A DNA stretch of 64,000 nucleotides, taken from NCBI GenBank assembly GCA_963676395.1, contig OY781066.1:992001-1056000 (forward strand), written 5' to 3'. Below the pieces are notes generated by a model that worked only from the letters and a program-made list of their open reading frames with translations, was not told the origin of the DNA and made no database searches. The number at the start of each line of letters is the position of its first letter. The first letter of the stretch is position 1. The translations under genes and the position numbers were made by a program. Shown piece after piece: positions 37,026 to 46,312 of the stretch. The stretch is from a bacterium (lineage in GTDB: Bacteria; Fidelibacterota; Fidelibacteria; Fidelibacterales; Fidelibacteraceae).

Positions 37026-38999
37026 ATGGAAAAACATAACATCACCATTCTCATTGTCGATGATACAGCGGCCAATCTACAGATCCTAACGTCGATCGTA
37101 ACCAGTGAAGGCTATAACATACTATTAGCTCAAACCGGAGAAGAAGCCATAAAAATTGCGAATGATTATCATCCCGACATTATTCTTCTTGATGTAATGA
37201 TGCCTCAAATGGATGGTTTTGCTGTTTGCCGCCAATTAAAAGCCAACCCTGCCACTCGCCCTATCCCGGTAATCTTTGTAACCGCCAGAACAGATGTTGA
37301 AGCGGTAGAAAAAGGTTTCGATGTTGGTGGTGACGATTATGTTCCTAAGCCATTTAATGATCGAGTGCTTCTTGCTCGACTCAAAAACCACGTAGAACGT
37401 TTTCAAAGAGAGCGTGAATTATCCATTAACCGCGAGCGTTTAAATACAGCTCTTGATGCTGCCCAAATCGGTTCGTTCACCATCAAATTACCGGAAAGAG
37501 ATTGGATTCCCGATGAACAGTTACGACGCTTATTCGGTATTGAAAGCGATGAAAACAGCTATGACCTGAATACATGGTACGACCAGATCTTAGATAAAGA
37601 CAAGGAAAATACCATTCTCAAGATCGAGCGTTGTATTGCAAAAAGCACATTCAGCAAATTTGAATTCCGCATTAAAAACAAACAAGATGACATAAAATGG
37701 TTTCGCTGCTCAATGCAGGTCTCCGAACGAAACGAAAAAGGAGAAGCCGTTCTACTGGTTGGTGTAAATGTAGATACAACCAAAGAGCAGAACATGCTTG
37801 AAACCATTCGCAAGCAAGAAGACACCCTGGCACAATCAAGAAAACTAAAAGCGATGGGACAATTAACCGGCGGTATTGCTCATGATTTCAATAACATGCT
37901 AGCCACAATTTTAGGTTTCTCCGAATTGCTGGCCGATGAACTTGAAGACAATGAAGAGCTGAGCTATTATTGTAAAAACATTACCGACACATGTGAACGG
38001 GCAGCCGCCTTAACAAGTCAGCTCCTTACTTTTTCCAGAAAATCCGGTAATATTACCACAGTTATTGATCTACACGCCCTAATTAAAAACACGCTGGAAT
38101 TATTACGTCACTCAATTAGTAAGAACATTGAATTAAAATATGATCTGAAAGCAAATGAACATTTCATTCTTGGAGAAAACTCTCCTTTACAGAACATACT
38201 CCTGAACATGGGATTTAATGCTCGTGACGCAATGGGTGATAAAGGCTCTATCATTATCAGCACACAAAACGTAACCTTTAATGATGAAGAAGCCAAAAAA
38301 ATGCCTATGGAGATCAACGCCGGTCACTACATTTGCATGGATGTACGCGATACAGGTTCGGGTATGAAAAAAGAAGTACTTGATAAAATCTTTGACCCAT
38401 TCTTTACAACTAAAGGTCAGGGTAAAGGAACCGGTTTAGGATTATCATCCGCTTACGGTACTATTAACGCACATAATGGATCTATTCGTGCGGAGAGTGA
38501 AATTGGTGCTGGTACGGTTTTTCATATTTACTTTCCTCTCACGGATCTCAAACCGAAACAAGAAGTCCAAGCCGGTAAAGTTGTTAAAAGTGAAAATATT
38601 GAAGGTGGTTTGGTTCTTGTTATCGACGATGAAGTTGCCATTAGAAAGATGCTGTGCAAAACCCTCGAATATGTTGGTTATGATGTGATCGAAGCTAAAA
38701 CCGGACGCGACGGTATAGATATTTACCAAGAAAAACAAGATAGTATTACAGCTGTCATTTTGGATGTGATCATGCCCGAAATGGACGGAGTTGCGGTTTA
38801 TCGTGAACTCCGGAAGATCAACCCGGATGTTAAAGTGCTTATTTCCACCGGCTATGCCAGCAACAAACAAACTCTCGAACTGGAGAGCATGGGCGTTCTT
38901 GGCTTTTTACGTAAACCATATCGTCAAAGTGATCTTGTCTCAGCGGTCAATGCCATACACGAAGACAAACTATTACCTGAAAATGACAAATACAGATAA
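37026..38999 (+). CDS. Hybrid sensor histidine kinase (REC-PAS-HisKA-HATPase-REC)
   Basis: LLDVMMP, GIAHDFNN, NARDAM, FDPFFTTK, GTGLGLS, C-terminal receiver domain. Confidence 0.93.
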   Translation: MEKHNITILIVDDTAANLQILTSIVTSEGYNILLAQTGEEAIKIANDYHPDIILLDVMMPQMDGFAVCRQLKANPATRPIPVIFVTARTDVEAVEKGFDVGGDDYVPKPFNDRVLLARLKNHVERFQRERELSINRERLNTALDAAQIGSFTIKLPERDWIPDEQLRRLFGIESDENSYDLNTWYDQILDKDKENTILKIERCIAKSTFSKFEFRIKNKQDDIKWFRCSMQVSERNEKGEAVLLVGVNVDTTKEQNMLETIRKQEDTLAQSRKLKAMGQLTGGIAHDFNNMLATILGFSELLADELEDNEELSYYCKNITDTCERAAALTSQLLTFSRKSGNITTVIDLHALIKNTLELLRHSISKNIELKYDLKANEHFILGENSPLQNILLNMGFNARDAMGDKGSIIISTQNVTFNDEEAKKMPMEINAGHYICMDVRDTGSGMKKEVLDKIFDPFFTTKGQGKGTGLGLSSAYGTINAHNGSIRAESEIGAGTVFHIYFPLTDLKPKQEVQAGKVVKSENIEGGLVLVIDDEVAIRKMLCKTLEYVGYDVIEAKTGRDGIDIYQEKQDSITAVILDVIMPEMDGVAVYRELRKINPDVKVLISTGYASNKQTLELESMGVLGFLRKPYRQSDLVSAVNAIHEDKLLPENDKYR

Positions 39000-39867
39000 A
39001 GAAAAACTCTCTTTAAACGAAGGCCGTTTATCATTATTCGGCAATATCCTTCTTTTTGGGATAAAGCTTTGGGCCGGTTTAAGCTCAGCATCTTCCGCCC
39101 TTATCGCCGATGCATGGCATACCTTATCGGATTCAATTTCTTCATTGGTGATCATTATTGCCGCAAAAATATCAAATAAAAAGGCTGACAAAGAGCACCC
39201 TTTTGGTCACGGTCGTGCCGAATTGATTGCCGCTCTGATCGTTGGTGTTTTACTATGTATGATCGCTCTGGAATTTTTCATTGAAGGTATTCATCGTCTC
39301 GGTGAACAACAAGAAGCGCAATATGGCATTCTTGCGATTGTAATTACCTTGGTTTCCGTTATTGTAAAAGAACTCATGGCACAATATGCCTTATTTGCTT
39401 ATCGCAAATGCGAATGCCTCTCACTCAAGGCTGATGCTTGGCATCATCGTTCAGATGCTATTTCTTCATTGGTTCTGCTGGTAGGTGTGATCTTTGGTAG
39501 AAGTATCTGGTGGATGGATGGTATATTGACTTTGATTGTCTCTGTACTCATTACTTGGACAGCCTATCATATCATTCGGGATGGCGTTAAACCTCTGATG
39601 GGGGAAGCACCGGATGATGAAATGCTGACCTACATTTCAAATACTTGCGACCAAATTTTAAATACCCCCTGCGATGTACATCACTTACACCTGCATCGTT
39701 ACGGAGATCATATTGAGATTACCTTTCACCTTCTTCTTCCACCTGACATTTCCTTAAAAGAAGCACATGATCTAATCACGAAGATCGAACATCATTTACG
39801 AAAAGATAAAAATATTGAGGCAACCATCCACCCTGAGCCACATGCGCCGAAGGAAAAACAATCATGA
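38983..39867 (+). CDS. Cation diffusion facilitator family transporter
   Basis: ADAWHTLSD, HPFGHGRAE, ADAWHHRSD; ATG at 38983 preferred as start. Confidence 0.9.
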   Translation: MTNTDKEKLSLNEGRLSLFGNILLFGIKLWAGLSSASSALIADAWHTLSDSISSLVIIIAAKISNKKADKEHPFGHGRAELIAALIVGVLLCMIALEFFIEGIHRLGEQQEAQYGILAIVITLVSVIVKELMAQYALFAYRKCECLSLKADAWHHRSDAISSLVLLVGVIFGRSIWWMDGILTLIVSVLITWTAYHIIRDGVKPLMGEAPDDEMLTYISNTCDQILNTPCDVHHLHLHRYGDHIEITFHLLLPPDISLKEAHDLITKIEHHLRKDKNIEATIHPEPHAPKEKQS

Positions 39868-40262
39868 AAATTAAATTTGACATGATCGGGCTTTTTGTAT
39901 CTGATTTAAAAAGATCGGTTGAATTCTATCGTGATGTTGTTGGGTTAGAGATCGACTGGACAGGTGAAAGACCTTATGCCGAATTCAAGCACGAAGGTAT
40001 ACGTTTCTCGATGTTTGAACGCAAAATGCTCCCTGATTTACTTAAACAAGAGCCTACCTTTCCATGCGGCTTAAATGGCACATTTGAATTGGCATTAAAT
40101 GTCGGAAAACCAAAAAATGTTGATATTACTTTCGAATCTATGGTCGCTAAAGGTGCTAAATCTGTATATACCCCCCGTAATGAACCATGGAACATGCGAT
40201 CTGCCGTCGTGTTGGATCCAGATCACAACATAATTGAAATTGCATCTGATTTCTGGAAATAA
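39864..40262 (+). CDS. VOC/glyoxalase family protein
   Basis: V.DL.RS..FY..V.G, PWNMR.A...DPD.N.IEI. Confidence 0.88.
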   Translation: MKIKFDMIGLFVSDLKRSVEFYRDVVGLEIDWTGERPYAEFKHEGIRFSMFERKMLPDLLKQEPTFPCGLNGTFELALNVGKPKNVDITFESMVAKGAKSVYTPRNEPWNMRSAVVLDPDHNIIEIASDFWK

Positions 40263-40291
40263 TCATAAATAAATTTATTAATTCATCAAAT

Positions 40292-40328
40292 AAAAAAAGA
40301 GCAAATGATAACACTTGCTCTTTTTTTT
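40292..40328. terminator. Bidirectional terminator
   Basis: A7-GAGCAA...TTGCTC-T8 between convergent genes. Confidence 0.75.
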
Positions 40329-40367
40329 ATTAATACAAATTTTTGTCAGCGCACATAGCGCAGCGAA

Positions 40368-41339
40368 CTATTTTTCTTCCATCATTTCAATTAAGTAAGA
40401 CTCAATTGTTTTTCTTGTTATCTCTTTTTCATCAACTTCCTTAAGAAGAGAGATCTGTTTACTTAATATAATACTTTCATCCATTTTTTTGACAACGATA
40501 TCATAATAACCGATTTCTCCGTCAACCGCTATATAATATTTACCCGTATAGTTTGCCTTCAATCTTAAAAGTTGATTTTCAGTTGACTCCATTACCTCAA
40601 GTGAATCAACACTTTTTGAATATCTCAATTTATGGCCCAAACTGTCATACAGAGCAGCGATGGCCTCCATATTAGACATCACATGAAAGTTATAAGTGGA
40701 ATCTTTTTTAGCAGAAAATTCGAATATATCCCTATCATGGTAACTTAAAGAATGTGATTGTCTGGCATCTAAAGTGATTGTTGTGGTATCTACAGTAACA
40801 CTATCAATTTCATAACTATCTTTTTCCATATAGTTTAGCCAACTATCGCGGGGAAGACTTCCAATATATTCTTCAAATTTTGCTTCGATAGATAGTCCAG
40901 GTATATCCAAATGATCATCCATAATCTGATACAACAATGATAATTCGCCATCACTACTTAGATCATATGCCACACCAAAAGTATCGGTCGGCAATAATGA
41001 TGAAAGAAGCTCCACTCCTACTACGCTAAGATATAAAGAGTCTTCGGAAACGATAATATCGGAACCCATTCCCACCATACCAAAAATTGGAGATGATGTT
41101 AAATTCATATATAACGCCAACATCTCATCATTAACTTCCATAACAGGACTGGAATAATAATTGTCAAATCCCGGATAAAAATTAATTACATCGGTTTCGT
41201 AACCAGTTTCGTAACCTCGTAGAATCTTCACCGTCAATGAAGATAACGCCCATTTGCCTTTAATGGAATTTCCATTTTCAGGAACCACCATACAACTAGC
41301 AATTAATACAACCAACAGTAACATACTTAGTTTTTTCAT
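40368..41339 (-). CDS. Hypothetical lipoprotein (possible PPC-like C-terminal domain)
   Basis: IASC lipobox; D.D.F.F.A and TGKYYIAV. Confidence 0.7.
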   Translation of the reverse strand: MKKLSMLLLVVLIASCMVVPENGNSIKGKWALSSLTVKILRGYETGYETDVINFYPGFDNYYSSPVMEVNDEMLALYMNLTSSPIFGMVGMGSDIIVSEDSLYLSVVGVELLSSLLPTDTFGVAYDLSSDGELSLLYQIMDDHLDIPGLSIEAKFEEYIGSLPRDSWLNYMEKDSYEIDSVTVDTTTITLDARQSHSLSYHDRDIFEFSAKKDSTYNFHVMSNMEAIAALYDSLGHKLRYSKSVDSLEVMESTENQLLRLKANYTGKYYIAVDGEIGYYDIVVKKMDESIILSKQISLLKEVDEKEITRKTIESYLIEMMEEK

Positions 41340-41494
41340 ATTTAATCCTTTTGTTTATTACAATTCAGTATAATATATAGTGATATTTCATAATTTCAAT
41401 AACTTTTTTATAAATATCATACAACAATCCAAAGTCATTGTAATGGTGAAAAATATAAATCTTCGAAATAAGCTAAAATATTTTAACGAGAATA

Positions 41495-42649
41495 TTATTC
41501 CCAGGTACGTCTTGTATGAAATGATTCATATTCTTTCTTGTCGGCCTCGGGAATATTTAAGAGAGGAAATTTTCTTCGAAGATAATTGGAAAACATATAA
41601 TCCAAATCCGGATTATCTTCAGGAGAGAATCCCATAACCTGCTCCCAAACATCGGCATCTTCCATACAAAAATAAATAAACAAATCTTCACCGCCATATT
41701 TTCGCAAACAGTTATATAAATGCTTATAAACCTTTACTCGCAATGGTTTAAAATAGCGCTGTTTATTATCATTACCGCGAATCATTTCACCGTCTAGCAG
41801 ATCAGTCTTAGGGAATTTATCTCTTACCTTGTCTGCCATTTCGGGCGGAAAACGCAAAGATCCAATGGATATCCAGGCAATACGTGAGGGATCGGCATGC
41901 ATAAACAAATCTCTGACCAATTCTTCATAATCCTTTTCCCAATCTTCATAGATCAACATGGGGTCAAAATGAAAACCTGTCATAAACCCGGCTTTTTGTA
42001 CTTTTTCCAATCCCATCATGCGTTGTTCAAATGTTGCTGCTCTAAATTCATGTTTACTAATACGATCCAGAGGATTCAGCGACCAGGAAATCACAGTGCG
42101 ACCTTTATGCTCGCTTCCCAGCAAATGGTCTACTTTATCTGATTTTGTTTTAAGTTCAAGGATCATATTGCTTTGTTCGGCAGCGTAATCTATCAATTCG
42201 GGACCCGCTTGTGCAATATCATCAATAGCCAGGCTATCAGCCAGCTCTCCCGTACCAACGCGAAAAAATCGTCTCGGTTCTTGAGAAATTCTCTCACTTA
42301 TCATCGTCTTAAGATCATCAAGATTGGAAAAAACAGTCAACAAGGGATTATTTAAATAATACTGTAAAATACAATAAGTGCAGTCGAAAGGACAATTGGT
42401 TGCCTGATGTAAGGTCCAGTAATTACAACAGATATAAGGCTCTGCCGTACCGGGGCAGACTTTAAAATGCTGACCTTTAGCGAGCGTAATAAATACATTA
42501 TGCTTCCCACTTTTACTCTCTTTTTCAAACAAGGCTTCCTTTGCTTCCTCGGTATCGGGGATTATGACCTCTTCCGCTCGGGGATAAGCCTTCCTAAAGC
42601 GCTGAGCCATGATAGTATTTTCACAACCTTGTGTTAGATATATGATCAT
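41495..42649 (-). CDS. Spore photoproduct lyase-like radical SAM protein
   Basis: NCPFDCTYC.LQ, GE..DSL, ELKTKS, SWSLNP, GFHFDP, YFCME. Confidence 0.85.
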   Translation of the reverse strand: MIIYLTQGCENTIMAQRFRKAYPRAEEVIIPDTEEAKEALFEKESKSGKHNVFITLAKGQHFKVCPGTAEPYICCNYWTLHQATNCPFDCTYCILQYYLNNPLLTVFSNLDDLKTMISERISQEPRRFFRVGTGELADSLAIDDIAQAGPELIDYAAEQSNMILELKTKSDKVDHLLGSEHKGRTVISWSLNPLDRISKHEFRAATFEQRMMGLEKVQKAGFMTGFHFDPMLIYEDWEKDYEELVRDLFMHADPSRIAWISIGSLRFPPEMADKVRDKFPKTDLLDGEMIRGNDNKQRYFKPLRVKVYKHLYNCLRKYGGEDLFIYFCMEDADVWEQVMGFSPEDNPDLDYMFSNYLRRKFPLLNIPEADKKEYESFHTRRTWE

Positions 42650-42651
42650 AA

Positions 42652-45600
42652 TTATTTTAACCAAACATTATTACCGCCCAATACTTCCCGAAGCTTATCA
42701 ATCATTTCGGGGGCGCCGTTTATTCCAAAACCGGCAATAAAACTCATGGGATCTCTCTGATCCGGATAAGTCAAATGTATATATAAACGCTTGTTTCCGG
42801 GATATTGCTTAATAATATCCTTGATCTGTTTTTGTTTAAAATCAAAAGTATCATCTTGTGAAAATCGCACATGAACAGTTTTGATCATTTTTTCACGCAA
42901 ATTTGATAAAGGCATCGCAGAATTCATAAATACTGTAACTTGATTATCACGTTCACGGTCGATCTTCAAGGCACCTTCTATAAATACCCTTGAATCTTCC
43001 TTGAGTAATTCTTTGTGATCGTTGAAAGATCTAAAAGCAAGAACAGTAAGTTGATTATTCAGTGATTCCAATTGAAATCTTGCGTAGGGCTTGTTCTTTT
43101 TATCGTAACCCACCATAAAGCTTTTTATTAAACCACCGATCTTGATCTTTTCCGGAAGTGGCCCGTCTAGATCACTTAATACCTTTTCATTTGAAAAAGC
43201 TTCTAGCTCATCGCGATATTTTTCCAAGGGATGACCGGTTAAATAAAAACCGATGAATTCTTTTTCTTTTTCCAGCTTTTCCTGCTCATCCCAATCAGGA
43301 AGTTCTTCCAAAGTAGGTTCATTAATAACTACCTGGCCGGTCGCAGCCCCAAAAAGTGAAACCTGAGCAGCCTGTTTTTCTTCCTGGAAACGCTGTCCAT
43401 ATTTAATTGCCAGATCTATGGCTTTAAATTTTTGAGAGCGATTACCTTCCAACTCATCCATAGCTCCGGCATAGATCAGTGCTTCAAATGTTTTTCGGTT
43501 TACCGTTCGCAGATCAACTCGGGAAGCCAAATCAAAGATAGACTTGAATTCATCACCTTCTTGACGAGCGCGCGCAATCTCAGCCGCTGCTTTTTCACCA
43601 ATACTTTTTAAAGCTGACAGTCCGTAGGTAATATCACCGTCCAAGACTGAAAAATAGGCTGTAGAGGTATTAACATTTGGAGGTAAAACTTTCAGATCAA
43701 TATTTTTTGCCTCGTTTACCAACTCAACAACGCGCTTGATCTCACCACGCTCTGATGTCAGGTTAGCTGCCATAAACTCTGCAGGATAATACGCTTTAAG
43801 GTAACCGGTTTGGTAGGCAATATAAGCATAAGCCACAGAGTGACTTTTATTAAAACCATAATTCGCAAATTTAATCAAAAGGTCAAAAAGCTCTGTCGCC
43901 TGTTTTTCTGTCAAGCCGCTTTTTTTACAACCATCTTTGAATTCCGCTCCCATCTTTTCCATCACTTCGAGCTTTTTCTTGCCCATAGCTCGGCGTAACA
44001 TATCCGCTTTAGACAGAGGGAAGCCCGCAAGATCGGAGGCTACACGCATCACCTGTTCCTGATAAACAATAATGCCATAGGTAGGTTTAAGGATAGGTTC
44101 CAGGAGCGGGTGTAAATATTCGAGTTTTTCTTTGCCATGTTTACGACGAATATATGTAGGAATATTCTCCATAGGACCGGGACGATATAAAGCATTCATC
44201 GCAACAAGATCATCTAAGGCCGAAGGTTTCAACTGCTTGAGGTATTCCCGCATACCACCGGATTCAAACTGAAACAAACCAAATGTTTTACCCTCTGAAA
44301 ACAACTTAAAAACCGCTTCATCATCTAAAGGGATCTTATTGATATCAAATTCAATCCCTCGCATTTTTAATAGATCAAGTGTGTGTTTCATCACGGTTAA
44401 TGTACGCAAACCCAGGAAGTCCACTTTCAACATACCCACCTGTTCCAAACAACCCATATCGTACTGAGTGGTCACATCATCACGAGTAGATTTGAACAGT
44501 GGAAGATAATTCATCAGATCGTCGGGAGCAATTACAACACCGGCAGCATGAATACCAACCTGGCGATTCATGCCTTCCAGCACATTGGACATTTCCCAAA
44601 GCTTTTCATAGTCTTCGTTTTCATGAATAAGTGTTTCAAGATCTTTATTCAGTTCTTCGGCATCTTTAAGTTTTTTTACTCCTTCGGGAATAGCTTTAGC
44701 AAACTGATCACCCACCGAGTATGGCATGCCCATGACCCTGGCAATATCTCTAACAACCGCTTTAGCCTTCATCCTCCCAAAGGTAATGATCTGAGTCACC
44801 GAATCTTCACCGTAAAAATCTTTAATATAATCAATCACCTCGGGACGGCGTTCATAACAAAAATCAATATCAATATCAGGCATGGTAACACGCTCTGGAT
44901 TCAAAAAACGTTCAAAAAGCAGATCATAATCCAACGGATTGATCGTAGTAATATCCAAAGCATAGGCTACAATGGAACCGGCAGCCGACCCACGACCCGG
45001 ACCGACCGGGATATCATTATTTTTTGCCCAACGAACAAAATCCTGAGTAATCAAAAAGTAACCCGGAAAACCCATTTTCTTAATAACTGAAAGTTCGTAA
45101 TCTGCTCGTTCCTTGACCTCATCACTTAGATCTTTTGAGATCTTTTCTCGCAATCCCTCATAAACAAGAAATCTTAAATATTCATCGGGATCATCTGTCC
45201 CGGCATCCTTGGGGATAGGGAAATTTGGCAAATGGTAAATCGTTTTTTCGGGTAAGGGATTAAAATTACATTGATCAGCAATTTTAACGGTATTTTCCAA
45301 AGCCTCGGGGACATCTTTAAAAAGCTCTGCCATTTCTTCATAGCTTTTATAATAAAATTGATCATTGGCATAGCGCATACGATGTTCATCTGAAATATTA
45401 TTTCCGGTACCAATACACAGCAAGGCATCATGTGCTTCGTAATGATCCTGTTTAGCATAGTGAGAATCATTGGTACAAATCAGCGGAATACCGGTTTCCT
45501 GAGAGATTTTGATAAATGCATCGTTGACAATGTCTTCTTCGACCATACCGTGACGTTGTAATTCAAGGTAAAAACGACCATCAAAAATCTCATTGTACTC

Positions 45601-46086
45601 CAATGCAATCTCTTTGGCTTCGTCGTAACCTTTCTTGCGTGCAGCAACGGCAGCTTCACCCTTAATACAAGCTGAACAAGCAATAATACCTTCGGAATAT
45701 TTACGTAACAATTCTTTATCAACACGTGGTTTATAGTAAAAACCTTCCAGATAACCATAAGATGATAGGCGGATCATATTTTTATAACCTGTCTCGTTCA
45801 TCGCAAGAACAACCAGGTGAAAATATTTTCCCTCATCTTCTCTAATGCTGATTCTATCGTGACGAGAACCCTGAGCAACATATAATTCACAACCATATAT
45901 AGGTTTTATATCATGTTTCTTGGCTTGATTTGCCAATTCAATAGACATGAACATATTGCCGTGATCAGTGATCGCCACAGCAGGGAAACCCATTTCTTTT
46001 GCGTTTTGAACAATAGTGGAGACCTTTTGAGCCCCATCTAAAGTGGAATAATCGCTATGTGTGTGAAGATGAACAAAATTCGCCAT
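42652..46086 (-). CDS. dnaE: DNA polymerase III alpha subunit
   Basis: FVHLHTHSDYSTLDG PHP domain, GPGRGSAAGS, PDIDIDF, YGFNKSHS. Confidence 0.97.
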   Translation of the reverse strand: MANFVHLHTHSDYSTLDGAQKVSTIVQNAKEMGFPAVAITDHGNMFMSIELANQAKKHDIKPIYGCELYVAQGSRHDRISIREDEGKYFHLVVLAMNETGYKNMIRLSSYGYLEGFYYKPRVDKELLRKYSEGIIACSACIKGEAAVAARKKGYDEAKEIALEYNEIFDGRFYLELQRHGMVEEDIVNDAFIKISQETGIPLICTNDSHYAKQDHYEAHDALLCIGTGNNISDEHRMRYANDQFYYKSYEEMAELFKDVPEALENTVKIADQCNFNPLPEKTIYHLPNFPIPKDAGTDDPDEYLRFLVYEGLREKISKDLSDEVKERADYELSVIKKMGFPGYFLITQDFVRWAKNNDIPVGPGRGSAAGSIVAYALDITTINPLDYDLLFERFLNPERVTMPDIDIDFCYERRPEVIDYIKDFYGEDSVTQIITFGRMKAKAVVRDIARVMGMPYSVGDQFAKAIPEGVKKLKDAEELNKDLETLIHENEDYEKLWEMSNVLEGMNRQVGIHAAGVVIAPDDLMNYLPLFKSTRDDVTTQYDMGCLEQVGMLKVDFLGLRTLTVMKHTLDLLKMRGIEFDINKIPLDDEAVFKLFSEGKTFGLFQFESGGMREYLKQLKPSALDDLVAMNALYRPGPMENIPTYIRRKHGKEKLEYLHPLLEPILKPTYGIIVYQEQVMRVASDLAGFPLSKADMLRRAMGKKKLEVMEKMGAEFKDGCKKSGLTEKQATELFDLLIKFANYGFNKSHSVAYAYIAYQTGYLKAYYPAEFMAANLTSERGEIKRVVELVNEAKNIDLKVLPPNVNTSTAYFSVLDGDITYGLSALKSIGEKAAAEIARARQEGDEFKSIFDLASRVDLRTVNRKTFEALIYAGAMDELEGNRSQKFKAIDLAIKYGQRFQEEKQAAQVSLFGAATGQVVINEPTLEELPDWDEQEKLEKEKEFIGFYLTGHPLEKYRDELEAFSNEKVLSDLDGPLPEKIKIGGLIKSFMVGYDKKNKPYARFQLESLNNQLTVLAFRSFNDHKELLKEDSRVFIEGALKIDRERDNQVTVFMNSAMPLSNLREKMIKTVHVRFSQDDTFDFKQKQIKDIIKQYPGNKRLYIHLTYPDQRDPMSFIAGFGINGAPEMIDKLREVLGGNNVWLK

Positions 46087-46312
46087 AAGTCGCCGGAAGT
46101 TTAGCATTAAAAACAAACAATTCGAACTCAAATGTAAGCAAGAGGAATTAAAAGGCGAAAGGATTTCTTGGAATAAAGGATGTTTTTTTAGCTGTACTAA
46201 AAAATAATTTGCTCCATAATATTTAAAGTGTAATAAATCAAATTTTCCTCAGCCAGAAAACTTAACAAGCCATATTAAAAACTATTTATTTTGTGACTAT
46301 TTAGTGTTTTAT

